Assembly (NCBI RefSeq): GCF_009914755.1
Contig: NC_060938.1
Source: the human T2T-CHM13v2.0 reference genome, Homo sapiens
Length of the DNA stretch: 64,000 nt
Strand: one strand, 5' to 3'
Under the pieces are notes generated by a model that was not told where the DNA came from, searched no databases, and worked only from the letters and a program-made list of their open reading frames with translations. Made by a program: the position numbers and the translations under genes. How positions within the stretch are numbered: the stretch's first letter is position 1; each line of letters begins with the position of its first letter. Below, piece after piece: positions 12,683 to 26,637 of the stretch.

Positions 12683-12888
12683 CGGGGTCAGCAAACTATG
12701 ATTCACAGACTAAATCCAGGTCCGATTTAGCCCATGAGCTGTTCTTGTAAGGTTTGTAAATTTTAAATGTTTTTTACATTCCAGAAGATTGTGACTGAAA
12801 GAAGAATACGTTACAGAGACCCTATGTTGCCCACAAAGATTAAGATACCTACTGTCTTCCCTTTACAGAAGTAGTTTGCTAACCTCTG
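12683..12888 (+). mobile_element. hAT-Charlie MITE (MER58-like) inserted in a MIR
   Basis: TIR-like ends ggggtcagcaaact...agtttgctaacctctg, flanked by a duplicated gttaaaa; the MIR continues to ~13100. Confidence 0.8.
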
Positions 12889-13684
12889 GTTAAAAGCAAA
12901 GACTGTGGAATCAGATAGATTTAGTTGCAAATCGCAGCTCCTTCATGGACTAGCATAATGACTGTAAAGAATTTACTTTATCTCATTGAGTCTCAGTTTT
13001 CCCAATTGTAAAGTTGGGCTAAGAGTGCCTGTCTCATAGAGAATGAAGCTAACAGCTTAGCACAGTGTTGACCACGTAAATGGTCTACAAATGTAGTTAG
13101 TACTACCATCAGGAAGGATGGAAAAGTAAGCTTGAAGCATGGCAGGAAAATGACCTAGATTTGTTTTTCAAGGATACACTGCCTGCAAATATTCTGCCTC
13201 TTGGTTTGCACTAAGCATCAGATATGCATCCTTACGATTGATTCAGGAATTATATTCAGAATTCCCAGAGTTCTAAGGCTACAATGCTTCCCATGGGTGC
13301 AGGGATCCTGGGCCACAAGTCGTTTAAAAAGCATCTGATAATAAACTCCTAAAGCCAGAATCTGCTGCTCACCTAAATCACTACCTTACAGCATTGTGCT
13401 CTAAGTCTGGTCCATTATGCACGAGACCTCCTAAAACCAATGTTATCATGTTAAGATCCCTGTGCTGACTTACCCATGGCTTCTAGAATGTGGAATGGCA
13501 GAAAGGTGGCAAAGAACATGTACTTAGAAATCAAGCAGCCTTTAATAGTACAAAGCCACTTTGGCCTACCTTGTTCTCCTCTTCATCTTTTATAAATGAC
13601 TGGATAAATAAATGAGTTCAAAAGCCCTGAAGAAACACTAGCACTGCATTCAATCATCCCTTGGAATAAATAACTGGGCTTCTG

Positions 13685-13890
13685 AGCCAAAGTGTTGCTT
13701 AGAAGGTGGTGCTGATGAGGTCAAGGTTAAACCTGGATCAGCCACTCAACTTTGTGTGGTCAGACATTCAGATGGTGTTTCCAGCCTCGGCCCAGTTGTC
13801 CTGGGAATGTCCACCCTGATCACAGAGGAGCTAGGTGGGGAATGCAGAGCTCAGCACATTCACTTCTACTTAGGGACAACAGCACACAAA
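13685..13890 (+). mobile_element. Ancient tRNA-derived SINE (MamSINE1-like)
   Basis: tRNA-like head ttagaaggtggtgctgatgaggtcaaggt, then a body ending ctacttagggacaacagca. Confidence 0.55.
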
Positions 13891-14544
13891 TGACTGCAGG
13901 GCTTCTCGATTGATGGCTGATTTTTGACGTAGTCTTTATTGGTTTTTTAAAAAAGAGGTATTAGAATGTTTAAGATGCATTTTTGCAATAAGAAGGTTCA
14001 AGCAACTTTAGATTTTAACAGGGATAGCAAAGAGCTTCACAAGGCCAAGAATGGAAATGGGGAAACTGCTCAGTGTTGGAATTAATGGGAGCAAAATGAT
14101 TATAAGCCCTCACAGGACTTCCTTTGTGCTCACTGATATTTATTAAGGGCATAAAAAGCCTACATGATTCCAATCTGAAAAACTAAAAACACATTGCAAA
14201 AGAGGGATTATACTTTGCACACATTTTGCCCTATAAAGTAAGGATAGAAAGAACCCAAGAGAATGGAAGATGAAGCAGTGTTCTGGAAAGAACTCCTGAT
14301 TAGAGGCCAGGAGACTGTTCTAGCTGTATTTCTGCCTCTGGTACTATGAGCATTGCCAAATCATCTGGCTTTTCTGTGTCTCACAATCTTTATCTGATAA
14401 TATTCACAATCTTCCTTAAAGGGTTTTGTGAGGCTCAGAGGAGCTATGCAGAAAATCCTCTTTGAGGAGTGAAAAAGACTACACGAATGTAAGGTATTAT
14501 GTTTGTCATCAATGATAAAATGAGTAGACGATCTAAAAGACAGA

Positions 14545-15110
14545 AGTCAATTCATTTATTCAATAGGTACATACTGCATACCTACTAGGTGACAGGCACT
14601 AATAATACTGTGGATGTGGTATAAATAAAAGAGGCAGGATTTCTGTTCTCCTGGACTGTGGATTCTGTGAAGGCAGACAGACATAAAATAAACAACACAT
14701 AATTACAACTTAAATAAGTGCTTTGAAGGAAAAATATAGGGTAAAACAAGAGTATGTGATGGGGGATGAAATATAGACTGACTGAACCAGGAATGGCCAT
14801 CCTTAGGAAATGATGTTTCAGTTATGAGGATGAGTAACAGTGGATAAAGAAAGAGAATGGTGGATCATTGTTAATGGGGAAAGAAGAACGTGTGAAAAAA
14901 CCTGGTGGTAGAAGTTCAAAGAAAGAGAGAAGACTAAAAAAAAGGTGGATGAGGGACAAGGTGGTGCAATAAGAAACTAGAGAAATAGCCAGAATTTGTA
15001 TCATGCGGGGCCTTGAAGAAGATGTTGTAGATCACAAAGTTATTCTAAGAGCAATGGAAAGCTACCAAGGGGTTTGGGGCAGGAAGTGACATGCCCCAGT
15101 TTGTATTTTT
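14545..15110 (-). mobile_element. L2 LINE 3' portion
   Basis: attcatttattcaataggtacatactgcatacctactaggtgacaggcact (reverse L2 tail) through aggaagtgacatg...gtttgtatttttaaaat. Confidence 0.8.
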
Positions 15111-17503
15111 AAAATGATCCAAGTTGAACTTGTACCTCTGGCCATGATGGAGGAACTGGTACTAGAAATGATCTCCCATTGAAAACAATCATAAAACTGG
15201 AAAAACAATTTGTAGAAATCATTTTCAGGTATTGAACAGCAAACAGTGCAAACTTACAATCTTTGAGAGAAGGGAAATGCGTGAAGCAATTACTACACAA
15301 TTGTCCAGCCTTTTCTCTGCAGATACTTTCCTATTGTGGAGCAGGAAGATGGAGCCCACAGAAAGTGACAGTTTAGCTCCCCTGAGAAGGCAGAAGATAA
15401 GAGTTCTGAGTTGTTAAGGTGAGTGAAATTCACAAGATAGGGTCCCTAGAAAAGGAGGCTATACTTGACGTTTAGCTTCCTAAACATCAAATATTGAGAG
15501 GGCCCAGATGTTTCTATGGGGTTTTCCTGCAAGTCTTTGGCTGAAGGCTGAGCTGTCCAAGTGCAAGCAAGATTCCACAGGACCCAACAGAGATCTCTTC
15601 TTACAGGCCTGAGAGATGAATGATGAATACATAGGTAAGACCATGTCAAGAAATGTTGCAGTTCCTGCTCAGGTGAGAACTCATTGACTATCTCAGGCAA
15701 TAGAAATAAATGTGATAGAAGTAAGGAGCATACAATAGAGCAAGAGTTGTACCCTAGGACTAACTTTAAAACTAAAATAGGCTCACTGTAACAAAGAATA
15801 AGATCAAGTTTGACAGGAACAAAAAGTTCTACTAGTAATTTAACTACTTCCAGAACAAAACTCAATACCCTTAAAAGGAAGATAATGTAATTGATACTGT
15901 TTATAATATTTCATTTCAATATACAGCAAACAATAAATAATTACTAGACATGTGAAGAAACAGAAAAAAATGTGACCGACAGATAAGGTAAAGATCACTC
16001 AATAGAAAATAACCCCAAGATGACTCAGATGGAATTAACTGACAAGGACTTGAAAGCAGCTATTAAAATATGTTTAAGAACCTAATATTGTGGTCATAAT
16101 GAATGAACAGACAAAAAATCTTAGCAGAGAAATTAATACTATAAATAATAACCTAATAGAAATTCTAGATCTGAATGGCCTTAATATCAGATTGAAGGTG
16201 GCATAATAAAGGATAAGTGAACATTAATAGAGATCAAGATAAATTGTCCAATCTGAAGAACATAGAGAAAAAAATTGAAAAATGAACAGAGTCTTAGTGA
16301 TCTATGGGACAACGTCATGCAGTCTAACCTATGTACAACTGGAGTTCCAAAGAGAGTAGAAAGAATGGAGAAGAAAAATTATATAATAATTGGCTTAAAT
16401 TTTTCCAAATTCGCTGAGAAAAAAAAAGCTCACAGAAGTTAGAAGCTCAAGGAACACCAAGTGGAATAAATACAAACAACAATAATACCACTTAGGCCAT
16501 CATAATCAAAGTGTTGATAACCACAGATAAAGAGAAAAATATCTTGAAACAGCCAAAGAAAAATAATACATTGTGTATAGAGAAAGAGCAAATAATCAAT
16601 GACTTTTCCTCATAAACAACAGAAATCAGAAGACAATGAAACCCAAGAGTATAAGAGAAAACTGCCAACCTAGATTTCTATGTCCAATTAAAATATATTT
16701 CAAAAACGAAGGCAAAATAAAGATATTTTAAGATACATGGAAATAGAGAATATGTTGCTAGAAGTTCTGCACTGAAATGCTAATGGAAATGACACCAAAT
16801 GAAAACGGGTTTACAGATAAGACTGAAACAGGTAAGAATGAAAAGAAAGCAGAACTGGTAAGTATGTAGGTAAGAATAAAATGTTATATGTATTTTTCTA
16901 CTCATAAAATTTTTAATTCACACAAGGATTTGGAAAAAGATTATAACACTCTATTGTGGATTTTACAATGTACGTGATGTAATACATACGGAAACAATAG
17001 CACAAAGAATGGGAGTGTAAAGGGACATAGACTGCTGCAAGCTTCTTCTATTTTATGTGAAGTGGTACAATATGATTTCTAAATTGTCTGTGGTAAGTAT
17101 ACATATTGCTATCCCTAGAGCAAACAATAAAAAATAATACAAAGATATATAGCTATAAAGCCAATTGAGGAATTAAAATGGAATACAAAAAAAAAATAAC
17201 TGAAAAGAAGGTAATAAACAAGGAAATGAGGAACAACAACAAAAGATGGGAGATGTGACAAATAACAAGACGGTAGATTTAACTCCAACTGTATTGATAA
17301 GCATATTATATGGAAAGGCAGAAATTGTCAGAAAGGAGTAAAAATAATCAAGACACAATTAACTGCATACTGTCTACAAGACATGGACTTAAGTATAAAG
17401 GGATAAATAGTGTGAATATAAGATAATGGAAAAATATAAACTATGCAAATGGTAAGCATAAAAAGGATGAAGTGGCTACATTCATATCAGTTAAAAAGAC
17501 TTC

Positions 17504-18062
17504 AAGATAAAGAATATGACCAGAGATAAATAGGGACATTGCATAAATAATAACGGAACCAATTCATCAGGAAGATACAACAATCATGAATGTATGTGTT
17601 TAATAACAGAGTTTCAAATTACATGGAACAAAACTGACAGAACTAAAGAGAGAAATAGCCAATTCCACAATCATAGCTGTAGGTTGTTAACATCCTTGTC
17701 ATAGTAATTCATGAAATAATTCTACAAAACTTAGGATATAGACAATCTAAATAATTTTATCAATCACCTCATTGTCATATATAGAATTTTATACCCAATG
17801 ACTACAGAATACACTTTCTTTTCAAGAGCACAAGGAATGTTCACCAAGATAAATCACCTGATAAAGATAAAGATTGTGGGATTGGCCATTTCTCTCTTTA
17901 GTTCTGTCAGTTTTGTTTCATATAATTTGAGACTCTGTTATTAGACACATACACATTTATGATTGTTGTATATTCTTGATGAATCAATTCGTCTATTATT
18001 TATGAAATATCCCTACTTATCGCTGGTAATATTCTTATCTTCTTATCTCTGGTAATATTCTT
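17504..18062. repeat. Inverted duplication of ~170 bp within the L1 (arms 17504-17672 and 17872-18041) plus a 21-bp junction duplication
   Basis: The reverse complement of 17872-18041 aligns to 17504-17672 at ~87%; cttatc(g/t)ctggtaatattctt is repeated at 18016-18036 and 18042-18062. Confidence 0.93.
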
Positions 18063-18541
18063 AATACATTTCAAAAGGCTGAAACTTTATAATGTATATA
18101 CTTGGATTGTAGCAGAATTAAATTAGAAATCAATAATAGTAAGGTATCTGTGAAAGTCTTCGAATATTTGGAAACTAACTACATATTTCTAAACAGCCTA
18201 TGGGCCAAAGAAGAAATCACAAGAAAAATTAGAATATATTGAATAAAAGACAATGAAAAGACAATATCAAAATTTGTGAGATACAGCTAAGGCAGTGCTT
18301 AAAGGGAAATGTGTAAGTTTAAATGCACTTATTAGAAAAGAAGAAAGGTTCAAAATCAATGATCTCAGCTTCTATCTCAAGAAGCCAGAAAAAAAAATGA
18401 ACAAATTAAACCCAAAGTGAAGAGAAGGAAGAAAAGAATAAAGATAAGAATTGGAATCAGTATAATGTAGATAAAAAATAGGAAAAATTATCAAAGCCAA
18501 AATGTAGTCCTTTGAAAAGATTAATAAACTTGGTAAACCTC

Positions 18542-18908
<367 letters not shown>

Positions 18909-21339
18909 TCAGGACAGATCTTATAGACATTCAAAGGCTAATATAGGAATATTATCAAAGACTTTGTTGTAGTAAGTTTAACAACTCAGATGACATGGGC
19001 AAACTTCTTGAAAAACACAATTCATCAGAATTGTCACAAGGTAAGATAGAAAATATAAGTACTATGTATTAAAGAAATTGCATTATTTATCAAAAACCTT
19101 CCCCCAAGGAAGCTCTAAGTCCAAATAGTTTCTCTGGTATATTCTGTTGACCATCTCTGAAACAAATAATTTCAACGTTGCATAAATTCTTTCAGAAGAT
19201 AAAGGTGAAAATACTTCTTGACTTACTTTGTGAAGCTTACCTGACCTTGCTTTCTTAAACCCTTACAAAAACCTTACAAGAAAAAAAAATTGCAGACCAA
19301 CATCTCTCATGAAAAGACACCACAAATACTTAACAAAATAGTATCAGATTGAACCCAGAAGCATACAAAAAGGATAACACATCGATGACCAAGTAGGATT
19401 TATGCCATGAATTTAAATTTGCTTCACATTTGAAAAATCAATAAATGTGATTAAACCATATTAGAAGCTTTAGAAAGCAAAACGATATGATCATTTCAAC
19501 AGATACATAAAGGAATGACAAAATTCAAACTCATTCATGGTTTAAAAAATTATTATGAAATAATAAACTGAATAACATACTGAAATAATAATAGACTGAA
19601 TTAATCAGTCTGATAAAAGGCATCTATGAAAAACTGACAGAAAACATATTAAAGCAAACTGGAAACAAAGCAAGAATGTCCATTCTTACCACTTTTATTC
19701 AACATACTAGAGGTCCTAACCAGTGCAGTAAAACAAGAAAAAAGACGCATGTGCCTCTTATCTCACATCTGGATAAATAAAATTTATTTTGCAACCCCTT
19801 TGTGCTAATATTCTCACATACTTTTTTTATTTTATGAGAAAAGAAAATATTCTTGGAAAATGGACCAAATTTAATATCTGTAAATTGGATCTAAGTTTTA
19901 TTGTAACTGAAATCTTAGTATTTAGAGGCACCTTTGGAAAGTGAAGAATCATTTTTATGAGTAATTATCTCATACAATGTTGGTTTAGAAAGTTCACACT
20001 TAATTAACTCTGTTTTACTTATTTTATGATGATGATGGTGTCAGGTTGCTGCTGCTTGCAGTGAGAATGGTAATAATCTTTATTTAATAATAGGATAGAG
20101 CCTTATGTGCCTAGAAGAGTGCCAGTATGGAATCATGACCTCACTAGAGTAAACTGGGAACCTCATCATGGAAGAAGATCTCAGAGTTGAAGCCCATATT
20201 CAATTTGATTTGATTAAATTCTTTATTTCATACCCTTTTATACCTCTGTTACAAAAGGTTGCACAGGGTGTATTTACTTGTCTATATTCCTACCAAATTG
20301 TGAGGATTTGAGAATATGGATGCTATGTTACTTGGCTTTGTATCCCAATGCCAAACACAGGACCTGACCTATGGGAATCCAGAAGAAACAAGCTCTCCAG
20401 CAGGAGCAGGAAAAAATTTCAGAAGCATTGAAACTTCAGCTGAATCATAAAAGATGAGAGAAATCTTTCCCATCAGAGAAGTGCAAAAGCACCAGTCTGA
20501 GCACAGGTTACAAGTTCAGGATCCCACAAGTGGTTTAGAGGGGTAAGAGTAACAAAGAACAGGTAGGAGTTGAGGCTGGAAAGTTAGATTGGAGCCAGAT
20601 TGTGGATCCTTTGGTTCTGATTTCAACAGAATATGATTTAGACTGATTGGTTTCTATCTCCTCTACATAAAACCAAATAACCACACCCTGGTGACTGAGA
20701 AAGGACATCATTTGGGGAGGAAATCTCTGTTTGCTCCACAGACTAAAAATGAACTAGAAAAAAAAAATCAGATAACTGTAGTCAGTTGCAGTGAAACCAG
20801 GCTCCTTATACATCTACTGTGGCTGATACTTTTTATCAGAATCCTTGAACAGAATAGCCATTTCACATTCAGATTGTAATAAATGTTGCCAGCAGCCACT
20901 GTGCAATTGTAGACATGCATCTATACATCAGATCCTATCGACAAGGGCACCCAAGGCATTTTCAGTCTCACTGTAGGGAGACATTTAGCTTGCCCTGTGC
21001 ACAAAGCCTTGGGACATTTCAAACAGAAGCCAGCCTCTTGATTTGTAGAGATGCTACAGTAGATTAATTCATGCGAATACCATCCAGTGGGGTCCTAACA
21101 CAATCACAGCAGCTCAAAGGGCCACACAGCACATCTTTTTATATAAGCTGCTTTCTACAATAGGAATGAAAGACAGGGAAGCCTGCAAACTCAGAACCAA
21201 AGCTTTCCTTTCTGTACATTTTTAATACCAGAAATGACTCCAGCAGGAGCTCCCTGCAATCCTTTCAAATTTGGGGCTGGGGTGGAAAAGGATTAGAGAG
21301 AGAGTGAGGCACCACAGCAGATAAATATTGCTGCCCAGA

Positions 21340-21938
<599 letters not shown>

Positions 21939-22289
21939 TCAGCACCTCCCTTCCTCTTTTCATTCTTACAATGTCCCTGTCCTCACAAGCCAATTTCTTT
22001 TGCTGCTTCGTCTCCCCTTAGACTCAGGTACTTCTACAGATGGATCACTGGTTTTCTCCCAGAGAAAAATGCCCCTTTATGAATCAGAGCTTTGTCTCAC
22101 ACAGCGTTTGGCAGGAGGACTGCTCTGAATTAGAGCAGCTGCTGCTCATGGTGGTGTGGTCCAAGTATACACAAGTTTATTTAAGAATCTTCCATCCTTA
22201 GATAAAGTAGCTTTAAAATAGCAATCATATTATTTTATAATGCAAAACTGCCTTCAATCTTCCATATTTCCTATTGCATTGAAATTCTA

Positions 22290-22692
22290 AACTACTTCCC
22301 TGCCTCTCCGCCCTAGCCACAGTCCTGCTACACTAACCTTCTTCCACTGTCATTTCCTTACCAGGATCTTCTTTACCCTGGGCCTTTGCAAATGATGTTC
22401 CCTCTGCCTAGACTGCTCTTTCACCAATATCTGCCTGTTTAACTTCTATTCTCTCAGGTTGCACCTTAAATGTTGCTTTGTCAGAGCCCTTCTCAATCTA
22501 AAGTTTATCCATTGATGTCTGTCTCAGCACTCTTTCATGTGTAGCACTTTTCACAAATTGTAATTTATATATTTATTTTTTATTTACCAGTTTTCCCTTC
22601 TAAATAGAAAATTCTTTAAGGAGAGGGACTTTGTTTTTATTACCATTGCATCCTAATCACTTAGCACAGTTACTGGCATGCAGAAGGTTCTT
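22290..22692 (+). mobile_element. L2a 3' end
   Basis: gggcctttgcaaatgatgttccctctgcctaga...cttagcacagttactggcatgcagaagg. Confidence 0.8.
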
Positions 22693-22768
22693 TTTTTTTT
22701 TTTTTCACTTTAAGTTCTGGGATACATGTGCTGAACATGCAGGTTTGTTACATAGGTATACATGTGCT
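22693..22768 (-). mobile_element. Extremely 5'-truncated L1PA 3' end (~76 bp)
   Basis: Poly(T) followed by actttaagttctgggatacatgtgctgaacatgcaggtttgttacataggtatacatgtg; TSD gaaggttctt at 22683-22692 and 22769-22778. Confidence 0.92.
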
Positions 22769-22782
22769 GAAGGTTCTTAACC

Positions 22783-22965
22783 TATATATATATATGTATA
22801 TATATACACATTATATATATATACACACACATATATATACATATAAAGTCACTCATCATTTGCTCTTTCTCTATATATAATGTGTTATTTTTCTTTGGCT
22901 GCTTTCAATAATAATGTGTATATATATACATGTATATGTACGTGTGTGTATATATATATATATAT
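22783..22965. repeat. (TA)n/(CA)n/(TG)n low-complexity tracts split by a 64-bp L1-derived insert (22845-22908)
   Basis: Read directly; the insert matches the reverse complement of 16544-16606. Confidence 0.9.
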
Positions 22966-22966
22966 A

Positions 22967-23248
22967 AAACAGAGTCTCACTCTGTTTCCCAGTCTGGAGT
23001 GCAGTGGCGTAATCTCAGTTCACTGCAACCTCCACCTCCTATGTTCAAGCAATTCTCCTGCCTCAGCCTCCCAAGGAGCTGAGACTACAGTGCATGCCAC
23101 CACAACTGGCTAATTTTTGTATTTTTGGTAGGGATGGGGTTTCACCATATTGGCCAAGCTGGTCTCGAAAAGTCCTAACCTGAGGTGATCTGCCTGCCTC
23201 AGCCTCCCAAAGTGCTGAGATTACAGGTTTCAGCCACCATGTCCAGCC
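22967..23248 (-). mobile_element. Alu (AluS-type), tail replaced by or adjoining (TA)n
   Basis: Reverse Alu from acagagtctcactctg to agccaccatgtccagcc. Confidence 0.95.
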
Positions 23249-23519
23249 ACAGCCCAATAGTTTAAAATAAAAAATAAGAACAAAATATATCCTACCTAGC
23301 TATCTCCCACCTACTTGTTAAAGCAGAAATGACCTCTATAATATCATGGACAAATAAATAAAGAATCCACTATACTTTTTGACAATTGTAGGATTAGGCT
23401 GCTCTGCATATTATAAAGTTGTCTTTATATCAAGTCCACAATCCCCTTCCTCTAAAGTTAACTGACTGGTTCTAGTTTTACAATATGGAGACATGTAGAA
23501 TACATCTACTTTTGTTCTT

Positions 23520-24752
23520 TTATTTTCTTAATTTTTTTTTTTACTTTTAATTTTTGTGGGTATGTAGTAGTTGTATATATTTATTGGGTACATATGATGT
23601 TTTGACAGAGGCATGCAATGTGAAATAAGCACATCATGAATAATGGCATATTCATCCCCTCAAGCATTTGTCCATTGAGTTGCAAACAATTTAGTTATAC
23701 TCAAGTTTTTTAAAAATGTACAGCTACGTTATTATTTACTATAGTCACCCTGATGTGCTATCAAATAGTAGGCCTTATTCATTCTTTCTGTTTTTGTACC
23801 AGTTAACCATCCCACCCTCCCCCTAAGCCCCCCACCACCCTTCCCAGCCTCTGGTAACCATCCTTCTACTCTCTATGTCCATAGGTTCAACTGTTTTGCT
23901 TTTTAGATCCCACAAATAAGTAAGAACATAAGATGTTTTTCTTTCTGTGCCTGGCTTATTTCACTTAACACAATGATCTCCAGTTCCATCCATGTTGTTG
24001 CTAATGACTGGATCTCATTCTTTTTTTTTATTGAATAGTACTCCATTGTATATATGTACCACATTTTCTTTATCCATTCATCTGTTGATGGGCACTTAGG
24101 TTGCTTCCAAATCTTAGCTATTGTGAACAGTGCTGCTGCAAACATGAGAGTGCAGATACCTCTTTCTTTTTTTTTTTTTTTTTTTTGAGACAGAGTCTCG
24201 CTCTTTCGCCCAGGCCAGACTGCAGTGGTGCTATCTCGGCTCACTGAAAGTTACGCCTCCCAGGTTCATGCCATTCTCCTGCCTCAGCCTTCCGAGTAGC
24301 TGGAAATACAGGTGCCCGCCACCGCGCCTGGCTAATTTTTTGTATTTTTAGTAGAGACGGGGTTTTACCGTGTTAGCCAAGATGGTCTCGATCTCCTGAC
24401 CTCATGATCTGCCTGCCTCGGCCTCCCAAAGTGCTGGGATTACAGGCGTGAGCCACCGCGCCCGGCTGCAGATACCTCTTTCATATACTGATTTCCTCTC
24501 TTTTGGGTACATACCCAGCAGTGGGATTGGTGGATCACACGGTAGCTCAATTTTTAGTTTTTTGAGGAACCTCCAAACTGTTTTCCCTGGTGGTTGTACT
24601 AATTTACATCCTCACCAACAGTGTATGAAAGCTCCGTTTTCTTCACACCCTCGTCAGCATTCATTATTGCCTGTCTTTTGGCTAAAAGCCATTTTAACTG
24701 GGGTGAAATAATATCTCATTGTAGTTTTGATTTGCATTTCTCTGATGATCAA
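23520..24752 (-). mobile_element. L1MA1/2-like 3' end, interrupted by an AluY
   Basis: L1 3' UTR (ttttgtgggtatgtagtagttgtatatatttattgggtac...aataagcacatcatg); ORF2 C-terminal peptide [35 protein letters not shown] in the ORF track. Confidence 0.93.
24167..24466 (-). mobile_element. AluY (Yk-like diagnostic positions)
   Basis: Full Alu with a perfect 16-bp TSD tgcagatacctctttc (24151-24166 and 24467-24482); variant ctctttcgcccaggccagactgcagtggtgctatc. Confidence 0.95.
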
Positions 24753-26114
24753 TGCATCAGATTTTCAAGTACTAAATGTTTAAGCTGCCATGACAGTCCA
24801 CAAATACTGCACTCACCCTATGGATGAAGGCCTATCCCAACTATAATAAGAAAATTTAGCCCAAGTAATAAATTTGTATTTTAAAATGGCGATAATGATT
24901 CTTAAGTGATAAATATCTTCAGGATCAAGGGCCATGTTGAATTTGAAGCATTTTGTAAACCATCAAGTGTGATGCAAAGGTAAACTATTATTATTTGTTA
25001 TCATAAGCGAAGATCAGTACAGAAGGAAAGATATGACCAATGTAGAAATAATCATTACAAGAGGCAGAATATAATGGGAGATAATAAAAATACAAAGAAG
25101 AGTTTGAAGACAGTGACATATCGGCTGGCAACTTACTTTCTGTGATGTCAGTTTCCACATTTGTCAAAGGACTCATAAATTGTTACCCTTCTCAGCTCTA
25201 GGATTCGTAAGGCTCAATTGAGAAAGTGCATGCGAAAACATTTGGGAAATGGAAACGCTATTCAAACATATGATAAGGTGACAGTGGAGATGATGGCAAT
25301 GATAATTTGGGATAAATTTTAAAGTAAGTCCCTGATTTTGACAGGTAGTGCTAGATGAGGGGAGAGGAGGAAAGGGGCCAGGGCACAAAGGCTGAAAGAC
25401 ATCAGCAATGCCAGGGAACCTGAGCAGGAGAGTAAGTACAGGAAAATGGTGGGAGCTAGAGCTGCAGTTACAGTAAAGGGATTTGTCAGTCAGCTTGGGT
25501 CTTCTGCAGAGGAATTTCTCTTTTTAGTAGGGTAGAGGCATGTTCCCTCCAACTCAGACCTCAAGCAGTACTTTGGAAGACCTGCTTGTAGAAAGATACT
25601 AAGAATGGCAAGGGAGAGTGGAAAGGGAGAGGGAGAGACTGAGTCTCGCCATTAGGCGAGAAGAATGGATGGTGCAAGGTCCCTGAGGTTGCCAGAGAAG
25701 GTCAGGATCTAGAGCACAGGTGAAGATAAGCAAGAGTTACATGCCTTCCCTCAGACACAGGAAGGACAGTGCTCTCATCAGTGTCTCGGAATAAATCACC
25801 TCTTGAGGACGAGGCACTGGGGTGGATCTGGGGCCATGCATGAGAAAGGTGAGAAAGATGTGCACCAGTCATTGAGGGGACGTACTAGGCAGTCAGTGAG
25901 AGGCATGAAAGCCTTGCCACACAACCCTGACAGTCTAGGTGGGACCAGGGAGCAGGATTTGCGGTGGAGACAATTCACAGGTTTCACAGCTTCCTGTCAT
26001 CTCAAAGCCTGGATGCGGGAATGAAGAAAATGGGCTGTAGACGAGCCAAGGTTGAGGGCTTCTGGCTCTTTCCATTTGTTCTCATGGGCTTCCCAGACAC
26101 CTCTCCATCCTGAA

Positions 26115-26582
26115 TGTATTAGTTTCCTATAACAAAGTACCACCAACTGGATGGTTTGAAACAATATACATTTATTGTCTCACAGTTCTGAAGGCTAAAC
26201 ATTTGAAACAATGGTGTCAGCAGGGCCATCCTGTCTCTGAAGGCCCCAGAAGAGGATGCTTCCTTGCTTCTTCCTAGCTTCTGGTGGCTCCTGGCAATCC
26301 TTGGTGTTCCCTGTCTTGTAGATGCCTCACTCCAGTCTTTGTCTCTGTTCTCACATGGCCTTCTCCCCTGTCTGTGTTCCTTTTCCTTTTCTTACAAGGA
26401 TGCTAGTCATATTGGATTTAGGGCCCACTTTACTCTGGTATGACCTCATCTTAACTTACTACATTTGCAAAGACCCTATTTCTAAATAAAATTGTATTCT
26501 GAGGTTCTGGGTGGACTTGAACTTGTATTCTGAGGTTCTGGGTGGACTTGAACTTTTGGGGTCCACGATTCAACTAAATACA
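26115..26582 (-). mobile_element. MaLR solo LTR (MLT1C-like) containing a perfect 31-bp tandem duplication
   Basis: tgtattagtttcctataacaaagtaccac...atttattgtctcacagttctg...aagaccctatttctaaataa; duplication at 26492-26553. Confidence 0.9.
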
Positions 26583-26637
26583 TTGGTCTTTGTGTCCACT
26601 GGAGACTTCAGCTTGGGGACAGTCTTGAGATATAGTA

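Noticed and set aside
13685-13760. tRNA gene
   Set aside because: Only a degenerate tRNA-like SINE head; no cloverleaf or intact B box.
23903-24244. ORFs with L1 ORF2 C-terminal motifs (also 38979-39311)
   Set aside because: Fragments of dead L1 copies, not genes.
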